From NCBI GenBank assembly GCA_043228905.1, contig JBHGNT010000014.1:1178001-1242000 (forward strand): DNA of 64,000 bases. The letters run 5' to 3'. The notes under the pieces are model-generated. The model was not told the origin of the DNA, searched no databases, and saw nothing but the letters and a program-made list of their open reading frames with translations. The stretch comes from Azolla caroliniana (lineage: Eukaryota > Plantae > Polypodiophyta). A program made the translations under genes and the position numbers. Below are positions 13,238-25,171 of the stretch, piece by piece (within the stretch, counting starts at the first letter, position 1; each line of letters starts with the position of its first letter).

Positions 13238-13403
13238 TCTTCTTCTTCTTCTTCTTCTTCTTCTTCTCCTTCTTTCTTATTTCTTCTTCTTCTTCTTCTT
13301 CTTTCTTCTTTCTTCCTTCTTCTTCTTCTTCTTCTTCTTCTCTGCACACACAAACAGAAACAGAAACAGAAACAGAGACAGAGACAGAGACAGAGACAGA
13401 GAG
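13238..13403. repeat. Compound microsatellite (CTT)n + (ACAGAA)n/(ACAGAG)n in the probable 5' leader
   Basis: Directly visible simple repeats. Confidence 0.95.
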
Positions 13404-13463
13404 ATGCACAGAGAAACAGAGAGCAGAAGATAAATGCCTTCGGCATATCCTCTCAGAACAATG

Positions 13464-14354
13464 GTAAGCTCAACACATTGTGTTCTCTCCTTCTCTCTTT
13501 CTCTCTCTCTCAAATGTCTCCGTAGCATCAACGGAAAACGATGGTCCTGTTTGTTTTCCTGATTCTTTTTTCCCTCTCTCTGTCTCTCTGTCTCTCTCTC
13601 TCTGCCTCAATCTCTGCTCTGTAGACGCCATCGAGACACTTTCTTCTGTTCTTATGTTGTTATTTGCTCAATCTTTTGTTCTGATTGCCCTCCATGCTTG
13701 CAGTACCATGTGACCTGATGTCGTCTCTCTGTTATGGATCCGAACTGACTCTGATATGATTGAGAAGAAGAAGCAGAAGAAGAAGAAGAAGAAGAAGAAT
13801 CCTGATGACAACATCAAGAGGTCTACGAGTAATTTAGGATGGAAGCAATTAATGGAGGGGAACAGAGAATACGATGCTAAGCAAGCAAAAATATAACGAT
13901 GGTTGTTTTCTCTGTCTGAGTCCATTGTCTTCGTCCATCGGCCATGGTAGCTTCAAGACTCAGGAATAATCCGTTGATTTGATTTGATCCAACTCAAAAA
14001 GAGAGATACATCGATTCTTTCTTCCTGCACGTTTTCCTTCCATTCTTTTGACAAAGACCAGTGAAAAGAGAAAGATGCACAGACAGACAGAGATGACCTT
14101 TTGTTCTCCTTTCCTTCTTTCTTTTAATTTCTTTGAGAGAGACAGATAGACACCCAAGAACTTTCTTTCTTGCTTTTTCTGCAAATTTTCTATTCCTTTC
14201 TTGTTTCCATTCTTTTTTCTTGTTCTTTTCTTTTGCTTCTTGTTTCGGTTTCCATAGAAAGCAAGAGAGTTCTTCTTTTCTTTCTCAGATTTGCTGTGTC
14301 TTTTCTTGATCCCATTCCTTTCCTGCTAAGGACATCTCTGTCTGCTATTGTCAG
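13464..14354 (+). other. Probable 5'-UTR intron of the kinase gene
   Basis: Donor ATG|GTAAGC at 13463/13464; long pyrimidine-rich tract; acceptor TTGTCAG|G at 14354. Confidence 0.55.
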
Positions 14355-14482
14355 GTGAATGGTCTTCCACAGAGAAGGAAGACCATCTCTGCAGGAATCA
14401 ATGTAAACCAAATTGGATCTGTCTTCCTCCATTTTGTTGGTAATTCCATTTCCTTTTGTCTGCTAAGAACTCATCTTAAGCT

Positions 14483-17056
14483 ATGCCATCACGGACGCTG
14501 CACCATGGCTTTTCTCCATCTCATCAATCTTCTCCCTCTTCTTCTTATACTAAACATTATGTACAGGAATTAATCGTCAATGTTCTCCCTACCATAGCCA
14601 CCGATATTGCCATTCTAGCCACAGCTACTTTTGTTTTCTTCTTCTATAATTGGTACCGAAAGATAGTGCAGCAGCAGCAACAACGGAACAGAAACAATAA
14701 GGCGGGCGCCGATGAGCAAGATATCACCCTCAAGCTTCACAGGTTCAAGTATTGGCACCTCAAGAGAGCTACAAGAGGGTTCTCTGAAAAACAGAAGCTT
14801 GGGAAAGGTGGGTTTGGCGTTGTATATCGAGGTATTCTCAGGGATGGTCGAGAAGTAGCAATCAAGAAATTAGATCTCTTCTCTCTTCAAGGTGAAAGAG
14901 AGTTTGAGAACGAGATTTCCATCTGTAGTAATCTTTCTTCTCCATACCTGGTGAATCTAATTGGTTATTGTGCTCACGGGAAGAGGATCAGGCTTCTTGT
15001 ATATGAATATATGCAGAATCGGAGTTTGCAAGAAGCTTTGTTTGACCAGAGTTATCCTGTTCGATTGGATTGGAACAAGAGGTTCAAGATCATCTTTGAT
15101 GCTGCGAAAGCTCTTGAGTTTCTTCATTTGCAATGCAATCCTCCGATCATACATGGTGATATTAAGCCGAGCAATATCCTTCTCGATAGTAGCTTTTCGG
15201 CACGGATCTCGGACTTTGGTCTTGCTAGATTCAAATTTGAGGAGTACTATGGATCAGATAGTGATGATAGGAATTCTACATTTAGTGGGATTAATCTTAC
15301 AACACCGGCTACTCCTCGAGGATTCAGACATGGAGCTTCGGAACAAAGTGTGTGTGAGACCAATAGGCACTCTGCTATGAGGAATCATGGTCTTTCAGAT
15401 TACAAGCTTTCATTAATGGAGTCCCAATCTGTGAAAAACGAAACTCTTAATACAAAAGGATCTCCCCACGAATTGTCATGCGGACAAGAGGATCTCATGT
15501 ACAAACATACCCCCCAACCTTCTGTTATTAGCCTCTCACCAGATCGATCGAGGCAAACTAAACATCATATTGCTAACAATCTGGAATCTGCATTTCCAGA
15601 GTTGAAGGAAAATAAAATGGTTATGGAATCTTCATATTTGGTGTTGAAGGAAGTTAAAATGGATATGGTATCTACATATCCAGCTTTGAAGGAAGTTAAA
15701 GTAGACATGGAATCTATGTATCCAGTGATGGAGGAAAAAAGGAATATGGGATTCACATATCGGGTATTGAAGAAAGAAAACCTGGTTATGGAAACTTCAT
15801 ATCCTGTATTGAAGGAAGTTAAAATGGATACGGAATCTATCCATCCAGTGTTGAGGGAAGAAAGAATGGATATGGAATTTGCATATCCAATGCTAAGTGG
15901 AGAAAACCTGGCAGTGAAAATAGGTATAGAACCTTCATACCCATCATTGGAGGAAGAAGTGGATATGGGATCTACATATCCAATGTTGAATGAAGAAAAA
16001 CAGGCTGTAGAACTGGAGGTGTCTACAACCAATGCACAGAGCAAGACTCTTGTTAATGGTCTTAATCATAGAGATATCAGGAGCAAAGATGAGGAATTGA
16101 TAGGAAAAAAGTATGTTATGGATTGGCTAGGATCTGATCACTCCTCCAATAAAGCTAAACCCAAAGAGATTGCTCCTGTTGATGTGGGAAATAATGCCAC
16201 TAATGAAAAAATAAGTAATCTCAACAGTCAATCCAGAAGAGAAAAAAAGATGAATATACGGAGAGAGAGTCGGGAATGGTGGAAAGATGAGTATTTTGCT
16301 GAGCTGAGTAGTAAAAGCGCAGTGAAAGATGATGGAAGGCCAAAGGAGACTTCTAAAGACTTCTTTGGATGGGAGTACAATGCAGAAACTAGGAGAAATG
16401 AACGAAGACTCATGAAAGATGGCATAAGAAACATGTCCAAACAGTGGTTCCGGAATGCTAGGAATAGCCAAGAGAGGCAATCGAGAAGGATGCCCTCGAT
16501 ATCGAATGATATGTTGTGGAGTGGAGAGCTTAATCACAAAGGTCAAATTAACAATGAATTGAATAGCAATCAGCAATGGAGTGGTGAGATTCTGGTAAGA
16601 GATGTTAGTAGTACAAGTATGAGAGGGACAATATGTTATGTTGCACCTGAATACGGAGGCAATGGCTTAGGCTCGGAGAAGGGTGATATATACAGTTTTG
16701 GCGTGCTTATACTTGTGATTCTGTCAGGACGACGACCTATCCAAATCTCGGCATCGCCAATGAAAGAATTCGAGAAAGCGAACTTGATCTCGTGGGCTCG
16801 ATCTTTATCGCATTCCAACAAGATACTAGATCTTGTAGATGATAGTCTCGGTGGAGAGTATGATAAGAAACAAGCTCACTTGTGTATAACATTAGCATTG
16901 CTATGTCTTCAACGAGTACCTACCCGCAGACCTGACATATCTGATGTCATTAAGATTCTTTCGGGACAGATTACCACACCTTCATCGCCAGTTGACCTCT
17001 CACCTTCTCCAAATGCAAAAATACGTTCCGAAAGGCCTCCTCTTTCACCAAAGTAG
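14483..17056 (+). CDS. Membrane-anchored receptor-like cytoplasmic Ser/Thr kinase, RLCK-XI type (At2g45590/At4g25390-like), 857 aa, intronless
   Basis: MPSR start, N-terminal hydrophobic helix, LGKGGFGVVY, VAIKK, HGDIKPSN, DFG at ~15212, a long insert with family-type WWKDEYFAELS and WSGEL motifs, then SMRGTICYVAPEY and DIYSFGV. Confidence 0.93.
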   Translation: MPSRTLHHGFSPSHQSSPSSSYTKHYVQELIVNVLPTIATDIAILATATFVFFFYNWYRKIVQQQQQRNRNNKAGADEQDITLKLHRFKYWHLKRATRGFSEKQKLGKGGFGVVYRGILRDGREVAIKKLDLFSLQGEREFENEISICSNLSSPYLVNLIGYCAHGKRIRLLVYEYMQNRSLQEALFDQSYPVRLDWNKRFKIIFDAAKALEFLHLQCNPPIIHGDIKPSNILLDSSFSARISDFGLARFKFEEYYGSDSDDRNSTFSGINLTTPATPRGFRHGASEQSVCETNRHSAMRNHGLSDYKLSLMESQSVKNETLNTKGSPHELSCGQEDLMYKHTPQPSVISLSPDRSRQTKHHIANNLESAFPELKENKMVMESSYLVLKEVKMDMVSTYPALKEVKVDMESMYPVMEEKRNMGFTYRVLKKENLVMETSYPVLKEVKMDTESIHPVLREERMDMEFAYPMLSGENLAVKIGIEPSYPSLEEEVDMGSTYPMLNEEKQAVELEVSTTNAQSKTLVNGLNHRDIRSKDEELIGKKYVMDWLGSDHSSNKAKPKEIAPVDVGNNATNEKISNLNSQSRREKKMNIRRESREWWKDEYFAELSSKSAVKDDGRPKETSKDFFGWEYNAETRRNERRLMKDGIRNMSKQWFRNARNSQERQSRRMPSISNDMLWSGELNHKGQINNELNSNQQWSGEILVRDVSSTSMRGTICYVAPEYGGNGLGSEKGDIYSFGVLILVILSGRRPIQISASPMKEFEKANLISWARSLSHSNKILDLVDDSLGGEYDKKQAHLCITLALLCLQRVPTRRPDISDVIKILSGQITTPSSPVDLSPSPNAKIRSERPPLSPK
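15581..16009 (+). repeat. Ten in-frame ~42-bp (14-aa) coding repeats within the kinase insert
   Basis: Units such as MESSYLVLKEVKMD, MVSTYPALKEVKVD, METSYPVLKEVKMD, MGSTYPMLNEEKQA. Confidence 0.92.
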
Positions 17057-18235
17057 CAGAACTCATTATGATAGATGACACTTGGATTCATTTTGTATAC
17101 TATTGGTCGGTTCATAAACTAGAACACACCTGTTATCAACTGGTAATGATAGATGACATTTTATATTCATTTTGTTTACCACCAGCAGTATGCCTTCACT
17201 TGTTCCTCAAAGCTTAACTCAATGTTTCTAAAATAAAATGATGTGAACATCTTGAGGGGATTTGGTTTTGCAAACCTGTACATGTATATTGTCATGTCAG
17301 ACTCTTTAATTAATATTAAGATGGGATACACTTGAAACAGATATTTGTACAAATTGTGCAACTGGAAATATCTATTTTGTACTAAGTGTGCAAAGTTTAT
17401 ACCAAGTGTTAAGACTCTCATGAAGACCTTGACCTTCGTGACATTACCTCACAGCTTTCAAAGCTAAGTTTATCACGAGACATACATTAGTAAGACTTAT
17501 ATTACTATCGGGAAACCTCACTGCAAGATGAAAACTCGCAAAATAATAATGACAAATGTACTAAGTGTCAAGTAGACACTGGAGCTCTTCGAAGCACTCA
17601 ACGGTAAAGAATGTAAATTTGAATATGTCCAGACTATGGCTATGACATACGGCTTATGTAAGGATGCCTTGATTTTGATGTTAGAAAACACTATCAGAAG
17701 GATGTTACATTGAATTTATGTGCTTAAATGTGTTACAGCATAAAAACATGCCGAACTGATGCCTAATAATCTGAGAATGAATAGCAGGTTGAAGAAGACA
17801 TGTTATCACTCATGTCAGCCAAAAGTATACCTTCAGAGTGTTTTCTTTCGTAATTCCAAGGCACCTCACCTTCCCCTGTTCATAGCATCCACCTCTTCTT
17901 TGGTTCTTGTCATTGTGGCGATCCTATTGGAAGACAATGAATTCTGTTCCAAAGACAAATATTAAAGTATTTAAGTATCTTACTTAGTTCCTTGATTCAG
18001 CATCCACTGTCCCACATAACCTCTTCATCAAATGAAATTACAGTGTTTATCAAGCATCAAGAAAAGAATAGTTGCAGACATACGACTACGAGTTGAACTG
18101 AAGTATGAATCTTTGGAGTGCAATGATGGTAATGACACAGCCACATCAAAGGGCTTATTCCAATCTGTTGAAAATGAGATTTTCTATGGCTCGCATGAAT
18201 CAATGGTATATATTGAGGACTTGCACAAGATGAGA

Positions 18236-18408
18236 GATATTTAGCAGTAACAAATTCAAAGAGAAAATATATAACCATGACTCAAAAGCATCGAAAAGGG
18301 ATATTTAGCAGTAACAAATTCAAAGAGAAAATGTATAACCATGACTCAAAAGCATCGAAAAACAATATTTAGCAGTAACAAATTCAAAGAGAAAATGTAT
18401 AACCATGG
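18236..18408. repeat. Tandem repeat, ~64-bp unit x ~2.7
   Basis: ATATTTAGCAGTAACAAATTCAAAGAGAAAAT...CATG repeated three times. Confidence 0.9.
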
Positions 18409-19509
18409 CTCTTTACATTCTATACACGAAGAAAAGGACACTAATATGTCTTTTTACGCCCGTAATAGAGGAATACATCCTTGTCATACTCTCAACAAAT
18501 TCATTCTCTTCTCATGCACATATTATATTTTGGATTATCTTAACATATTCATCTCCGTAATAAGATATGAAACATATATTTTGAGTTATCTTATATTTGT
18601 CATGTTGGTTTTTTCTTTCAGCACATACGACTTCTAGCCTCTGCTCCCAGGATAGCCGCATACATAATAGCCTTGACATTGAAAGCACCAAGTATGTAAC
18701 ACTTTAAGGAGATAACAGATAAGCCCCCAAAAATTCCCACAAGAAGATCTCTCCGCTCTGTAATGCGAATCTCAAAGCGGATTTTGCAAACCAATGTTGA
18801 AGCTCTTAATTCCGAGAGGGTCTGATCGTGCGAATTTTGTACCGAAGTATAGGAGGGGAAGAAGGGGTTTCCTCGCAAAGAGATTTAGGGAGGGTAGTAT
18901 ATCAACATTAAACTTAACATTCATATTAAGAGAAAAGAGTTAAATGCTAATTAGACTGCATCCTACATAATGCGATGGCTAGTCGCATGAATGCATGTAG
19001 AATTTTTGTGATAATCATTAAGACCATTGTTCAAAGTGCTGAATTCACTACAGCTACAGCATGACCAGGCACCAGGAGTGAATGATTTTATGATATACAC
19101 ACATGCATACATTTTATGCATAAATACAGGACATACATACATTTTATACACACTCACATACGCAGTATATACATTGTATGCAATGTATATATGCATACAT
19201 GGCATATAAGAAGAGAAAATGAATGCATTACATACTTAAATCATCATGCGGTGCTGTGGAAACAACCCCAGAAAATAGTTACCAATCCCACATCTGTGCA
19301 GGGAACAAATCCCAACCAAAGTGTAGAGATTTCAGAATGGCTATACCTGAGTGGAAGATCAGAAGGCACAGGCATATATCGATCTCTATGAGAAGGATAG
19401 ATGCAAACCGTGTGACTGACCTGTCTGAATTAGGGTTTCAGAGACCGACTTTCTGCTGCAGCACATTAAATGCGAGGAGAAACAGAGGAAATAGAAACAG
19501 GGCATCTTT

Positions 19510-20056
19510 GAAGAGGAGTAAATATGCCTCTCATACCCTCCCAAGGTTTTTGGAAATCTCAAACAATACCCTCAGCCTCATCATCAAGGGGTTTTTGGAA
19601 ATCTCAAACCATACCCTCAGCCTCATCATAAGAAGAGGAGTAAATATGCCTCTAATACCCTCCCAAGCTTTTTGGAAATCTCAAACCATACCCTCAGCCC
19701 ATCATCTCGTGAATATGCCTCTGATACCCTCCCAAGCTTCTTGGAAATCTCAAACGATACCCTCAACCTCATCATCATCATCATTGTCAAGTGCTCAAGA
19801 ATTACATATATCTGTGGACACACCACCCGGCCTCGCTCCTCTGGTCATTGCTTCGGTCTATGCTGCTTGCAATTCATAATTCGACGCTCGCCAAGCCTAG
19901 TTGATCGAGTACTGATGAAGCCGGGCCTGTTGGCATCAATATATGTAGGTGCCTTTTGAGCCATATGACAAGCTACGTGAGTTATCGGCACATGAAATGA
20001 GTTATCGGCACATGAAATGAGTTATTGGTATATGTAGGTGCCTTTTGAGCCATATC
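19510..20056. repeat. Degenerate tandem repeats
   Basis: TTGGAAATCTCAAAC(C/A/G)ATACCCTCA x4 (19510-19785); GAGTTATCGGCACATGAAAT x2.5 flanked by two copies of TATGTAGGTGCCTTTTGAGCCATAT. Confidence 0.85.
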
Positions 20057-21272
20057 ATGTGATTAGTTGAAAGGGACCCATATCATATGCATAGTTGAAA
20101 TGAGCGTTGCCACAAGCATGCATCGTGGAGCAGTGAATTTAGACCATTATTACGCCAACTAGTTAAGCTCAGTCGAGGGCCATTTCTAAATACATGGGTA
20201 CAAGCATAAAAAGAGAGCGTCATTTGTATAAAAATTCCTTGTCAATGCTATTAACAAAAAACTTGTCTACATGAATTGTGAACTTTAGATAAGTAGATCT
20301 ATTCCATTGCCATATGGATATATTTTGCCATGTTGACATAATCCATGTGAAAAGGTAACTTATGTTCTAAATCTCTAGCTCACATTACCCTTCTTTTTTG
20401 TTTATGCAAGGGTTAGATTAAGCGAAGAATCTCTATTGAGCTTAAATTGTTGAACAAGTCTAGCTTGAATTTGAGAAAATCATGTTTTTATATATGTAAA
20501 TGAATGCACAAAAGCCAATTATGATACTTTATAAGCAATAATTTGTAATTAACTCTTATTTAAAGTTGATGAATGACAATTGTTAAAGTGAATGGGTGAG
20601 AGCAAGAGAGAGAGAGGTTCTATTATCATCTTTGGAGGTCAAATATGACCTATGAGACCAAAAATATTACATTTCACGTAATACATATAAAAGCGAGTAG
20701 TGACTCTCGATGTTCAAGAACTATACCAATGAATGTTGCAATGGAGCGTGCACATTGTGACAGTGAGAGAAATTCGTGCAAGGATTGGGTTTGGTCAAAG
20801 ATGTGTTGAAATCATAGTCATTCGCAAATCGTTATATAAAACAAAGTGTAATACTCACACTCCTGAACTTGTTTCAAGCAAAGTGTGCATAGTCGACCAC
20901 TCTCATCACTTGTGCCCCAACACCCCATTTCACATCGCAGTGTGTGAGTTAAGCCGCATGGAAGCAATGATTCAAATGGTTGACAACGGGATGGGCTCTA
21001 GCATCGATGTGTATGGTTTCCCCATTCGGTGAAGAATATAGTTTTCTAATTAGGTGCAACATGTGTCAGTAGTAAAATGTGTGAGTCATGATTACATACA
21101 TTTAGGCTTACAAGGATTCAAACTCATTACAACCTCTTAATATACGTGTCAAACCTTAAACCATTATGGTAACATATACAATGTATAATTATATTATTAG
21201 TTATGTTAGGAAACATGTCCCTCCGGATGGGAAGAGGAGCACGAGTCGAAGAAAGAACCAAATCGGTTGATA

Positions 21273-24200
21273 GCAACTCGGCAAGATGTCGGCAACCTGC
21301 CGATCCGTTAGAACATACACCAGTTTGACTTCACCGGAAAGGACTCGTTCTCGGATAAAGTGGTAATTAATGCACCTCAATGTGCTTTGTCCAGGCATGG
21401 ACGATGGGGTTCTTTGCCAATTGGATGTTGATGAGGTTGTTGCAGTAGATTGTTGTCGGGTCTAACACCTCCACTCGCAGATCCTTCAGTAACCATTTGA
21501 GCCAAACGGCCTCACATGTTGCGATAGCCGCTCCTCTATACTCAGCCTCAGTGCTTGACAGTGCAACTGTCGACTGCTTGTTGCTGCACTAGGCGACCGC
21601 GAAGCTTCCAATTGAAAACGCATAATCAGATGTAGACCTGCGGTCGCCGACATTTCCGGCCCAATCAGCATCTGTATAGCTGACTAATTGTCCAACTATA
21701 CTAGCCCGATACAACAACACTCGATCTTTAGTGCTGTTGACATATCGCATGATCTGATGCACACATTTCAAATGTTCGATAGATCAGTCCAACCGGATAA
21801 CTCATGTCCGATTGAGTGATCGTCAGATAGATAAGGCCCGACTATCTGGGGAACTATGTCGCGTCACAAGTTGCTCCCGACCCTTGGCGAAGCTTAACAT
21901 TTTGGTCTAGAGGAGTCGATACAGATTTGCATTCCGTCATACCGAATTCGGTGATGACAAGCTCATCCACATAGAGCAAAATGCTCACTAGCCCATTCTG
22001 ACCCTACCAAATGGAGAGTGAAGAGTCTGATTTCTACGTTCCATGCTCGTGGGGCTTGCTTGAGTCCATATAGGGACTTCTTTAGTCGGCAAACAACCAA
22101 CGTGTTCATTCCAGACTGAAATTTGGGGGGTTGAACCATGTATACTTGTTCCACAAGGTCGCCTTGCAAGAATGCGTTCTTTACATCCATTTGATGTAGA
22201 TGCTACTCGGTGGGGCTTGTAGCACTTCTACCCCTTCTACTCATCGGAGTAGCCAACCAAGATACATTTCTCCGCCTTGGCATCTAGTTTCTTTTGCTTC
22301 TAATCCGGTATATGCACATATGCAATGTTACCGAATACTCAAAGGTGTGCCAAGTTCTACTTCCGCTCGAAATACAGTTCGTGCGGCGACACCTTTGTCC
22401 CTGAGGTAGATATCCAATTCTGTATGTAGACTAACAATCGGCAACGGTTCGGTTTGAACCGAACCAAACCACAAAACCGCGGTTTAATGGCTTAACGATT
22501 TCAATGGTTCGGGTTCGGTTCAGGTTTAGGTTTTTCTAAACGGTTCGGTTCGGGTTTGGTTTGGTTTCAACAGTAAAAACCCACGGTTTTAATGGTTTAA
22601 TGGCTTAACGGTTTCAATGGTTCGGGTTCGGTTCAGGTTTAGGTTTTTCTAAACGGTTCGGTTCGGGTTTGTTTTGGTTTCAACAGTAAAAACCCATGGT
22701 TTTAACGGTTTAACGGTTTCTATTTTTTAATTTTTTTAATTTTTTAAAAAACATTTTTAAAAATTATAAAAAAATTCTAAAAAAATTTTAGAATTTGTTT
22801 TTTAACAATCTTTTCATTTTTACACCTTATTCATTCTCACATTTTAGGAACATCTTAAAAATTCTAAAAATTCTATATAATGAAATATTATAAATTTAAA
22901 AAATTAAAAATTAGACCTATGTTGAAAACCGAACCGCGGTTTTTACGGTTTAATGGTTTAACGGTTTGAAAAAAGGTTTAACGGTTCGGTTTCGCAGTTT
23001 GGTTCAGGTTTCAAAAATTTTAAACGGTTCAGTTTGGACCCTCTCAAACCGAACCGAACCGTTGCCGATTGTTAATGTAGACGGCTATCCAAACTACATC
23101 GGCCCCAATAAATCAGGGGCATGCTCTTCTTCTCCATCATCACCCTCACTGCTTCTTCCAACATCCAGTTCTGCTCTGGCGTGTATCTACAAGAGAACTC
23201 TCGACGAATTCCCTTGGTCTGCAAATAACTTGTGAACTAGCTGGAAAATATTCTTTTCTGCCATTCGATATCATACACTTGATCTTTCTTTCGGTTTCTC
23301 GTTCGACATGACTCTTTAGGTCTCAGAAACATGAGAAGACATCGCTCCTCTTCTCGATCAAGTAGATCCAAGTGTGTCGGCTGAAATCGTCGATGAAATA
23401 GATGAAATATCGACACCCACCAATGTTCACGTTTTGTGTCGGTACCCACACATATGAATGGATAAGATCGCGCCAATTCCAACTCTGATTCTTCTCATTG
23501 GGGAATGGAAGCCTATGATGCTTCCCAAACTAACAAGCTTCACAAGTTTGGCCTTTCCGGCCACTAAACTTCGGTAGTTCGGAAACCTGTTCCGATTGAA
23601 TCTCCTAAAGCTTTCGGAAGTTGATGTGGCCGATCCGCTTATGCCATAGATTGATGTTAGACTCAACCTTTTTTCCACTCACGAACATAGCAGTGCCAAC
23701 ATCATTGGTTTCGAGTATGAACATTCTTCCATCCCTTCGCCCTTGTGCGATGATCTGGCCTTCCTCCTCGATGAAGCATACGTGGTGAGTGAACCAAACC
23801 TGCATTCCTTGATCCACAATCTAAACGACTAACACCAAGTTCTCGGCGTCTATACATGTAGGACGTTCCTCATTATTCCCTTCTGGCCGACATAGGTCAG
23901 AAGGACATCCCCGATATGCTCGATGGGATGTGGGGTGTCATCTCCGGTTTCGACCACCCTTGATTTCTTCGGCTTCTCGAGAAAGGAGAACCACTCTTTG
24001 TGGTTCGTCATGTGGTTTGAAGCTCCAGAGTAAACATACCAAACTTCCTCCGACTTCGAGTCGGAAGCAGCCATTCGGTTGACCTTATTCTTCATTACAA
24101 GGGTTGGTCCTCACTTGGCTCCCTCTTAGCTTCTAGCAAAGTGCGATAAGTGATGTCTATTTGCGTCCCTTCGGCTCGATCAGGCTTTGTCTGAATCTGC

Positions 24201-24797
24201 CCTTTTCTTCCAGCACTCGCTTTCTTTGTGTCCCGTCGGCCACAGTACCAACTATCTCTCGGCACCGCCTTGACTCCCCCTGCTTCCGGAGGATCCAATA
24301 CTGCTGTCGGCACCATCTTTGTGCCTCCAATTATGCTCTTGTCGGCCGCCTGCATTGCGCTCCAACTCGCCTTGTTCGTCAAGACCACGGTTCCGATCTT
24401 CCTCCATGTACAACATCTTGTTGTCGGTGTGCGTACTTGTCAACGCACCCACGTGGTTCTCCTCTACAAGGAGCATCGACTGTAAGTCGAAAAATGAAGG
24501 CGTATTCTCCCTTGTACATATCGTCGTCCTGAATGCTCCAAAATTCGACGCCAAGCACCCGAGGCAGACCTTGCACCATTTCATCCTCCTTGATGGTCAC
24601 GTTGATGGATGCAAGAGAGTCACAAATCTCCTTGATTCGGGTTGTATAATTGGCCACTGACATGTCTTTCTGTCGGACGTTTCTCAACTCTTGTTGGAGG
24701 TGCAGCTTCGAGGCCGTAGTGCTTGCGACAAAGACCTTCTTCAGGTTTCTCCAAGCTTCCTTTGGCATCGTGGCATCCCGGATATGGCTAAGTAGAT
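21273..24797 (-). mobile_element. Degraded Ty1/copia internal region (copia A), same family as copia 1
   Basis: Minus-strand fragments of gag (AWRNLKKVF), protease (WYVYSGASNHMT), GAG-pre-integrase (WHKRIGHINF), integrase, RT ([25 protein letters not shown]) and RNase H (YTDADWAG); many deletions and stops. Confidence 0.9.
22432..23074. mobile_element. Non-autonomous hAT element / MITE (643 bp)
   Basis: Perfect 23-bp TIR TAACAATCGGCAACGGTTCGGTT; 8-bp TSD ATGTAGAC at 22424-22431 and 23075-23082; subterminal CGGTT/AACCG arrays; AT-rich core; internal ~120-bp duplication. Confidence 0.95.
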
Positions 24798-25171
24798 TGT
24801 CAAAGTTAATATGCGAAAGCTTTGCCATACTGGTTTATCCGGTCAACAATAGAAAAACAGAGAAAAGTTTAATGGAAGCTTAGAATACACAAAAGAGACA
24901 CCGGAAAGCATGAACTCAATTTAAAATAATAACACTTTGTACATAGAATGTGCTAAGAGAGCACTTTTATACAAGTCCTTATACGGACTAACAAAAGTAC
25001 TAACAAGTACTTCAATGCTCATACAAGCGACTGGTTGTCATGAAGACAACATTTTGGTTATCAAGAATCGAACCCACGACTTCTTGGTCTATGTGTTGAA
25101 CCCTTAACCATTGTAATAACATATATGTTGTGTAATTATAATAATTATGTTTCTAGTTATTACAAGATATT

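Noticed and set aside
13086-13531. Six overlapping ORFs with poly-L/F/S/E/K/R tracts
   Set aside because: Translation artefacts of the (CTT)n and hexamer microsatellites
15565-16576. Antisense ORFs of 159 and 149 aa inside the kinase
   Set aside because: Shadow ORFs of the sense coding sequence and its repeats
18618-18878. Minus-strand ORF with a twin-arginine-like RRDLLVGIFGG and AxA motif, and an Sm-site-like AATTTTTGG
   Set aside because: TTG start, no mature domain follows, and no recognisable snRNA sequence; likely chance
17300-19500. Possible minus-strand spliced transcript convergent with the kinase (telo-box at ~19430, donor-like sites at 19420 and 17869)
   Set aside because: No consistent exon chain or ORF could be built; one implied intron is only 40 nt
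19223-19879. 218-aa ORF with repeated peptides
   Set aside because: Repeat units switch reading frame and there is no domain similarity; explained by the tandem repeat
25055-25125. Functional tRNA gene
   Set aside because: Acceptor and T stems do not pair; reported only as a tRNA-like A/B-box module
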